64,000 bases of DNA, from contig JBITNC010000002.1 in the NCBI GenBank assembly GCA_050084985.1, forward strand, positions 39,928,001 to 39,992,000. Reading direction: 5' to 3'. Below the pieces are notes generated by a model. The model did not search any database. It was not told the origin of the DNA and worked only from the letters and a program-made list of their open reading frames with translations. Shown one piece after another: positions 54,938 to 64,000 of this stretch; position 1 is the first letter of the stretch, and each line of letters begins with the position of its first letter. Origin of the DNA: Nageia nagi. Lineage: Eukaryota; Plantae; Pinophyta. Made by a program: the position numbers and the translations under genes.

Positions 54938-57900
54938 TGTTTACATCTAATTTTGGTCCACCTAATGTGGTCCCACTTAGGTGTCTTATTATGTAATATT
55001 ATGTCATTTGATTATATTAATATCATATTATATCATATATGCTATGTTGGTCCACTTAAGACACCTCTTATGTAATCTTTTACTTATTTGTACAAGGTAG
55101 GTCTCAACATTGGTGCTTGTTATGAACCATTACACCAAAAGGTCGACTTGTTAGTGAATCCGCACACCCAGGATCTTAACATTCCACCATGCTTCACATT
55201 CGATGTCCTCGGTAGCTCTCACTTGTGGCAGCTCTCACTCTAGTCTTCTCTAGGTAGCCCTTTCCATAGTGGCCCTTTCTGGGGATTCAAACTTGGGATG
55301 TATGGCCTGCTCTCATACCAAATGTTATGAATTGTTACACCAAAAGGTTGACCTATTAGTGAATCCGCACACCCAAGATCTTAACAGTGCTAGCTTTTAT
55401 GTGGAGGTATTCATTCATATTAAAGGTATGTATGATTACATGTAAAAGCATTAAGATTTCATCTTGATATTTAGTACCTACTCTTAGGTGTTTCTCAACA
55501 ACACCTATTGAGATTGAGATCTTGTTATCACTCAAGCATTTTTGTCACTCCATATTTCATAATTATATGTTGAGCTCAACTTGTCGATGTTTTGTTATGC
55601 ATCAACTCTTGGTGGTGAACTCTAATCATCAAGAACCCTAGCATTCACATTATTGTATGCATTTTCACTACTATTTTTTGGACCTAGCACCCATGCTAGC
55701 ATGTGTGCCCACGTTACCCTTCTTTTTGTTATGCTCCATGGGGTTTGCATACCAAGGTCACATACTTTGACAAGTTATAATCTGCATATAATCAACTTCT
55801 CCCAGGTAAGGATTTAAGTTATGTAGTAATCCCTTAATCCCTTTCTCATTAGTGCATTGGTGTTATCATGATCCAATAGTATTAGTATTGCTTTATTCAT
55901 TTCCATTATGTTATGCTTCATATTATTATTTTTATGATCGAATGTTAATGTTTATTATAGTTTCTATCTAGTTTAATAATAGGGGTTATTAAAAATATTC
56001 AACATATTGGTGTCCACCTTTCATAGCATTTTCATATCTTAATTTGGGTTGGAAAGTGTTCTCAAACCTATCATATTTATTAAAAAAAAAAAAAAACTAG
56101 ATTTTTAATTTTTAGGGCATCATATTTTTGTGGAAGTTTTCATGGGAAGCCCTTGGTTTTTGTTTTTCTTAATTTTCTACAATTTTAGAAACTCTTATCT
56201 CTTTTAAATTGTTGAAAATTTGAAGGTGTTTTTATTTTGTAGAATTTTATTTTAGTCAAAACCCTCAATTTTGTACCTAATTTCTTAAAATTTTATGCAT
56301 GTTTATGCCTTGAACTTTTCCCAAATATTATATATTCATAGTAGATAATTTTTAGAAGGTGTGATTGGGTTTATTTACATGAATCTTCATGAAATTCTGA
56401 GTTTAAGAATATTTTATGGAATTTCATTTTTGCATAAAACCCTAAATTTTGAGCCTATGTTTTGAAGATTTGGTGGTTGTTTGTATCTTATAATTTTGCC
56501 TAAACCCTAGATATTCATGATAAAAAAGTTTTGAAAGATGAAATTAAGATTATTGCATGCTTTTTTTTAGTTTTTTGGTTGAAAATATTTTTGTATAAAA
56601 TTTTAAATTTTCAAACTTATTCTAGTTAGTTTGGTGTGTTTTTACATTAGAAAATCTTATCTCGCATATATATATTTCATATTGGGATATTTTGATGATT
56701 TTTGAAGGTCATATTTTACAAAATTATAATATTTTGGGTTATTTTTTGTCAACCAAAAATCCCTAGGTTTTTGGAAGTATTTGATATCTATTTTTTTAAG
56801 TGTGACAAATATAGAAATATTATTAGAGCAACATTATGCTAGTGCTAATGTTGGGGGTAGCACCCATGCTAACATCAATGCCAATGCTGAGAATACACCA
56901 AAATAAATTATATAGTTGGAAATGAGAGTAAATTTGCTTTAGATACACTTTGGGATAGATGTTGACCATATAGAATTCAAAGGCAATCCCTTAAGCATGG
57001 AGATTTGCAATACTATCCTCACCAGAATAGATAAGGAACTTGAATTAAAGAAATTTAATGGTGATAGAGATTCAATTAGTCATTTATAGAGATATGAGTA
57101 TATCATGGAGTTGATATGTGGACTCAATGATCAATTAAAGGCTAAATATTTTCCTAAGTTTAATTGGTGATGCAAGAAAGTGGTTTCATAATTTAACACC
57201 TACTTCAATTACCTATTTTCAATAGTTAAAATATGATTTCAAAAGTCACTTCCACTGTAATACTTAGAAGCCTCTTGATTTGATAGATTTGATATATTGC
57301 AAGAAAGGTCAATCTGAAAGATTGGAAAAATTTACGAAAAAGGTATGTGAATATTTGCAAATCAATAAACCAAAAAGTGGATGAGAAATTTGGTTTAAAG
57401 GTATTTATTGATAACATTAATCCTATTCTTGGTGAAAGAGGTGTTGATTATATTAGATTTCCATTTATGGATATGGTTTATATGCTTATTAAGAAAGAAA
57501 AGTTTTTATTAAAATCTGGTCAACTTAAGTATGTACATATTCTAGTAAGGATAATCATAAAAAATTATACCAAAGGAATGAGAATCATTAAAAAATATGG
57601 TTGAACCAAATACACATGAAGAATAAAATGAACCTTTTTACAAGCTTCTTATACCTCCTACACAAATATTCAAAGATTGTTTAGCAAAGGGATTGATAGA
57701 ACCTAAAAAGGGAAGAGAATATGGTGAAGATGAAAAGAAGCCCCATTGGTACAAAGAAAACAACCATTTTTTGTATCATCAAGTCAAAGTTCATTCCACC
57801 AATGGGTGTGTTGAAATGAAGAAGAATTTGTATCAACTCTTGGAAAATGGATAAGTTAATTATGTTACCAAGGAGGAATTTGATAACTAAGCTATAGTAG

Positions 57901-60900
57901 AATTTGATGATGAAATATACAACAATATGGTCAATATGGTTTCGCTTGTTGAAGATTGTAACCAAGTACAACAAAGTAAGAAAGAAGGTAAGACTAAACT
58001 CTTTTGTGATTATGATTCCTTTTCTGATAAAATTAGCTTATATGATTTATGTATGAAATCTTATTATCATAGAGAATTTATCCATACTATTTCAAGAATT
58101 GATTTACTAATGCTAATATTACCTCAAGTGGTTTTGCAGATATGTTTGAATCTTTTAGACATGTTAGCTCAATACAATCAAAAGATAATGCACCTCTTAC
58201 TCAAGATACTGAAAGTGAAGATGAATACAAAAAAGAAGAGGAATATGAAAACATCCACCAAATAGTCAAAATGGTCTTCCATGATGATGAACAATAAGAG
58301 GAAGTACAAGAAGGAAAATTTGAATAGGAAAACATGAAGACATATCAAGTTTCAGATGAATATACTTCTTTAGTCAATCAAAACTTGGAAGTAACCTTGG
58401 ATACAAAATGCTTATGTTGGGGTAACATCTGCATTGGGGTAGCATTTGCACTACCATCATAGATCAAGAAAAAGGACAAGTTTTCCAATAAGGACCAACT
58501 TGCACATGTCTAAAGAAGATCAAACCAAATGAACATTCATGTTCATATCATTCTAGTAAAGATTCAAGAAAGAAAGCTTCATTTAAAGGGAATAAATATC
58601 AAAGTTACACTTTATAATGACACTCACTAGGTAATATTTCCCATCTTCTTTGTATATGTTAGAATTTCCATTTAGATTAGTTATTCATTTTCAAATAGAC
58701 TAGATTGCACCATGCATTACATGCAACCCCTTTGTTGGTTGGGGTATAATTAACCATCACTTATTTCCTTTGTTGGTTGGGGATATAACTAACCATCATG
58801 TCTTTATGTCTTTAAGTTTTTATGTCTTTATGTCTGTATGTTCAAGTAGTCTATTTTGGTCAAAGTTTTTGTGTAAGTTTATTAGTTTAGTCATTGTTTG
58901 TTAAAGGAAGTCATGCATGACATGGTTCAAGAACTATCACAAGGATAGACAAAATGGTTTTTAGTTCACAATGGATCAATTAGAATTTTTCATAAGTTTA
59001 TGATCATTGATTTTAGATGAGAAAATTCCTAAGTAACCCAATGCCTACACTAGGGCATATTATTAGTTTATATTCTATATTGGGGGCATGCCCTCAAGAA
59101 TGCAAAGGTTATCTCCCTTAATACCCTTATCTATCATATGCATGAATTTTGATCTTCGCTTACATGTTATGATAATGATAAAATGTTGTTATGCTCTTAT
59201 TATATTTACTTTATGGTCATTCCCTTTGTTGGTTGGGTATTAATGATCACTCCATGGTAATTGTTATGATCCTTTTATTACAATAATTTGGATATTAATT
59301 ATCTATATTATGATATAAATTTTCATGATACTATGATTTCACATGTTTTTAAGATCTATATTCTCTTTGGAAGATATACTTTTTCATTTCAGCCTTAGAA
59401 AAACTACAAAAATAATTTCCTTAGGATCCTCAATGTTTGTACTGATAATAGTGATCACACTAGCATTAACATCCATGATAGGCCTTTCACATTTAAAATA
59501 GTCATCAATGGTAAGGTTGGGTATCATTTTCTAAACTAATCATTATCATGTATGTATGAATTTAAGAATAAAACATTGAGTACTTTTGTGATGATATATA
59601 TCTAAGAATAGGATATTTGATGTTCCCAAGATGATATAAGCATATTATTTTAATTTCAACCTTGCTCTGACATGCTATATCATTTGTGATGAAATATTTA
59701 TGATGATTTGCTCTAAATATCACTGTTATATTTTTCATGAGTTAACCATCACTTTATGATCACCTTATGTTAATTGTTATGATCCCTTTATTATTATATA
59801 TTATTTTGTAATAATTAGAGCATTATGAATTATTATTATGACATGATGATCTAAAATATTCTTTAAGGCATATATGTTTTGGAAGATGTTACTTTTTATC
59901 TCTCTTTTTTAACTTATTTTTTGCTTTTGGTTGATTCCACTTCACATAATCCATTCCATCTCACAACTAAGGCAATGAGGGGGGAATATAAACCATCAAT
60001 ACTTGATGATTAGATGGTTCCACTACAAAATAAGGAAGTATCATTTTTTTTCTTCTCTTTCTTTTTCCATTTCCTTTGCAAACATAATTACATTTCAATA
60101 ACATTATGTTTCATCATATTTGCAAAGGGGGGCATCTATTGACACCTAATTTTGGTTCACCTAATGTGGTCCCTACTTAGGTGTCTTATTATATTAATAT
60201 TATATCATTTCACTATATCAATATCATATTATATCATATATGTTATGTTGGTCCACTTAAGACACATCTCATGTAATCTTTTCTTTATTTGTGAAAGTTA
60301 CCTCAGCATTGGTGCTAGCTTCTTTGTGCAGGTACTCTTTCATATTTAAAGGTAAGTATGATTACATGGGAAAGTATCAAGATTTTGTCTCGATATTTGC
60401 TACCTACTTTTAGGTGTTTCTTAACATTGCCTATTGAGATTAGGATCTTGTTATTACTTGAACATATTTATCATTCCATATTTCATAATTAAATGTTTGG
60501 CTTAGCTTATCAACATTTTGTTATTCATCAATTATTGGTGGAAAACTCTAGTCATTAGGAACCCTAGCATCCATGCTCCCATGCATGCATGCACTACTAT
60601 TTTCAAGACCTAGTTCCCATGCTAGTATGCATACATGCACTTCCCTTCTTTCTGATGTGCTTTGTGGGGTTTGCACACCAAGATCACATACTTCAACAAG
60701 TTATGGTCTGCATATAATCAACTTCTTCCAAGTAAGCATTTACAGGTATGTAGTTATCCCTTGATCCCTTTCTCATTACTGCATTGGTATTATCTTGATC
60801 CAATAGTATGAGTATCACTTCATTCATTTCCATTTTGTTATGCTTTATATTATTGTTCTTATGATTGAATGTTAATGTTTATTATAGTTTCTACCTAGTT

Positions 60901-60931
60901 TAATATTAGGTGTTAGTAAAACCATTCAACA
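54938..60931 (+). mobile_element. Complete-ended non-autonomous Tat/Athila-type gypsy element (gag only, about 6 kb)
   Basis: LTRs at 54938-56004 (contains the TRIM) and 60137-60931, both ending attcaaca. PBS tggtgtccacc (decayed TGGCGCCCACC), PPT aaaggggggcatc, TSD aaaat/ggaat. Gag KKFNGDRDSISH, DARKWFHNL and YHQVKVHSTNGC. No PR/RT/INT motifs seen. Confidence 0.9.
55118..55386 (-). mobile_element. Miniature LTR retrotransposon (TRIM/SMART-like), 269 bp
   Basis: 64-bp LTRs at 55118-55181 and 55323-55386 (TGTTA...TAACA), PBS TGGTATGAGAGC, purine tract next to the other LTR, perfect 5-bp TSD GTGCT, and an empty site cattggtgctagc in the sister LTR at about 60307-60319. Confidence 0.95.
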
Positions 60932-63900
60932 GGAATCATGTAACCATTATCATAGAGGAGAGTACAAATATCTTAACTCTTGGATTTGATCATCTCATTG
61001 GCTCTCTCATGTCACGTAAGGAGAGGCTTAAAGATATTACTATTTTTCCTAGTGTGGTAGAAAAATCATTTGCTACAAAAGAGGATAAGGAATGTTCAAG
61101 TGGGAAAGAAAGAGGCCAAGGGAGAGACCAAACTTCTTCTAAATATAGAGAAAGAGGAAGAGGTAGATATGGATCAACTCAAAGAGGTAGAGGCAAAGAA
61201 AATATTAACAATAGAAATATGCAATGTTATCATTACAATAAGTTTGGCCATTTTGAGAGGGCTCATGTAGATTAAAGCAATTTGCAAATCAAGGAAGATC
61301 ATATCACTATGGTGAAGAGGAGCATTTAATGGAGATACTTTGTTCTTATCCTTAGAGAAGGCTTCTACTAAAGCTCTTAAAGAGTAATGGATACTTGATA
61401 CTAGTTGCTCTAACCATATGATAAGCAAGGGGGAGTTTCTCTCCTCCATATACCACTCTTACAAGTCCAACATAAGGCTTGCAAATAGAAAAACATTGTA
61501 TGTGGTTGGTAAAGGAGTGCTTTAAGTCAATTCAAGCCAAGGTAAGAAAAGTTTCCAAGTTATTTACTACACTCCATATCTAAAACATAGTTTATTAAGT
61601 ATTAGGAAAATGATAGAGAAGAATTATAAATTAGTTTTTGAAGATAGATAATGCTATATTTTTGACAAATAATCATGGGCATAAGCATGTTACTACTATT
61701 TGTATGACTAGTAAAGATTATTTCTAATAAATTTTAGGGAATAAAAGAGTAGCCAAATTACAAATATGGTTATCGATATAACACGTTTAGGTTATGGCAT
61801 CTTATATTTGGCCACTTAAATTTTAATAGCTTGAAGTTGTCTCATGATATTATTCATGATTTACCAAAGGTGAATGATCCCAAGGTTATTTATGAAGGGT
61901 GTGTATTGGGAAATAACTCAAGATAGAAATTTGATAAAAGGAAATCATGGAGGGATTCATACCTACTCCAATTGATCTGCTCTAATATTTGTGGCCTTAT
62001 GCAAACTTTAAGTTTATGTAAAATTTTCTTATTTATTACCTTTATTAATGATTACTTCATATTTTGTTGGGTGTTTTTTTTTATTAAATTCAAGGATGAA
62101 ACTTTTGCTTGTTTTCAAGAATTCAAAAATAAAGTATAAAATTAGAGTGGTAATAAGATTAAATGCTTGAGAAGTGATAGAGGTGGAGAGTTTTGTTGTA
62201 ATGAATATTTTTAGTTTTGTAAAGACTATGGCATCAAGAGGCAACTCACAATTGCAATTACTCCATAACAAAATAGAGTATCTAAATGGAAGAATATAAC
62301 TCTTGTTAAAATGGTAAGGAGTATGTTGCAAACAAAAAATTTGCATAACAGGTATTGGGTTGATGCAATTTTAAATAGGAGTCCCACTAGTAATGTGGAG
62401 AACATGAACCCTTATAAAGTATGGAATGAGAAGAAGCCTGTAGTAAGGTATTTCAAAGTGTTTGGATATTTGGCATATGCTCATGTGCTAGATGAGACTA
62501 GGAAGAAACTTGATTCCAAGAGTGAAGCTTGCATTTTTTATTGGGTATAGTGAAGATAACAAAGTATATAAGCTCTATAATCCCAAAACTTACAAGATTA
62601 TTATCTTAAGTGATATTAATTTTTTATGAATGGGTACTTTATAGTCAACAAAAATTGTATGTTGATGATGGTATTATGCAGCCCATTCATGTGGTAAGCC
62701 CAAGTTTGAGGAGTATTATGCAGTCCATCCAAGGAAAATCTTCAACTATGAACCTTAATGTACAGTCCAACCTTCAAATTTAGCAAGCAACATTTCCACT
62801 AACTAGCCCCTCCAATGGCCCAAAGTTTAGTATGTCCAACCCCTCTTCAAGTGAAAACTCTCCATCTCAAGTTTTGGATCAAAATTTTTATCAAAGACTT
62901 ACTATAAGCCAAAACCATGAAATGGATCAAATTGTCCAAAGACTTGAGAACATCCACATGTATGGAGATGGAAGTAAAGGTGATCCCAAAGGAGATGTTG
63001 TAAATTACACATTATTTATTTACTAAAAAATACTTATTTCATATTTGAAACCATATTAATATGAGCAAGATTGTACTAGGAATGTGCGGTTGAAATCCAT
63101 GCAAGAGGAGATGAACTTCATTGTGAAAAATGATACTTAGGAGCTTTGTGAGCTTCCCAAAGGAAAGAGGTGTGTAGGCTCTAAATGGGTATACAAAATA
63201 AAATATAAAGGTAATGGGAGTATAGAGAGGTACAAGGCAAGATTGATTGTTAAAGGGTTCACTCAAAAATATGGAGTTGATTATGAAGATACCTTTACAT
63301 TGATTGCAAGGCAAGAAATAATGAGGATGGTTCTCTCATTAGCATCCTAAAATAATTAGAATGTATATCATACAAATGTTAAAAGTGCATTCTTAAATGT
63401 CTATTTAGATGAAGAGGTGTATGTACAATAGACCCTAAGATTTTAAGTCCAAGGACAAGAACATCAAGTGTATAAGTTGAAGGTCTTATATGGCCTCAAG
63501 TAAGGTCTAAGAGCTTGGTACACTAAGATAGATGGATACTTCCAAAAGTTTGACTTCTTTAGAAGCAAGAGTGAGCCAACACTCTACTACAAGAAACAAG
63601 GTATTGGTATCATTTTTATGTTCTTTTATGTAGATGACTTGATTTATTTGGGAAGTAATTCCATCTTGAATGATCAATTTAAGACTGATATGATGAGAAA
63701 ATTTAAGATGAAATATTTAGGCCTTATGAAATACTTTCTTGGCATGTAGGTCCACCAAATCCAAGGAAATATTTTTATTTATCAAAGTAAGTATGCAAAG
63801 GATATGCTTAAGAAGTATGGAATGGAATTTTGTAAGCTTGTTTTTACTCATGTAGGTCATAGTGAATTACTTATAAAGGATGATGTGGGTGATAAATAAA

Positions 63901-64000
63901 ATATGATAGAGTATAGGAATATACCTGGGAGCCTAATATTTCTTACGAATAATAGCCTTGATATTGCATATATTATATCATTGGTATCTAAATATATGAG

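Larger units (their letters stand above)
54484..64000 (+). mobile_element. Degenerate Ty1/copia (gag interrupted at 54938-60931; PR, INT and RT to the window end)
   Basis: Gag PEFD.SYFEY*SIKMNTFFMEKDLWEV. KVLRTL | NHVTIIIEES joins across the insertion. Also CYHYNKFGH, WILDTSCSNHM, IKCLRSDRGGEF, YKARLIVKGF and LYVDDLI. Confidence 0.92.

Overview
Very AT-rich, CpG-depleted eukaryotic DNA from a large-genome land plant (a gymnosperm is plausible but only inferred). Most of the window is nested, heavily C>T/G>A-decayed LTR retrotransposons: at least five Ty1/copia bodies, several Ty3/gypsy remnants and three non-autonomous derivatives. It also holds two MITEs, a Mutator-associated plant-mobile-domain pseudogene and a tRNA-type SINE. 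The only intact protein-coding gene is an intronless heteromeric-type cis-prenyltransferase (49872-50765, minus) in a CpG-retaining island of about 45-51.2 kb. Best observations: (1) a complete 269-bp LTR retroelement with 64-bp LTRs, PBS, PPT, perfect TSD and an empty site in the sister LTR; (2) an old tandem duplicate of the CPT locus that keeps both flanks but lacks the CDS and carries splice signals; (3) possible retroposition scars, an overlapping uORF and motif substitutions in the CPT; (4) two gag-only elements with intact termini and a tandem shared-LTR gypsy. No prokaryotic-type system (CRISPR, operon) is present. All alignments were made by eye, so boundaries of decayed elements are approximate.
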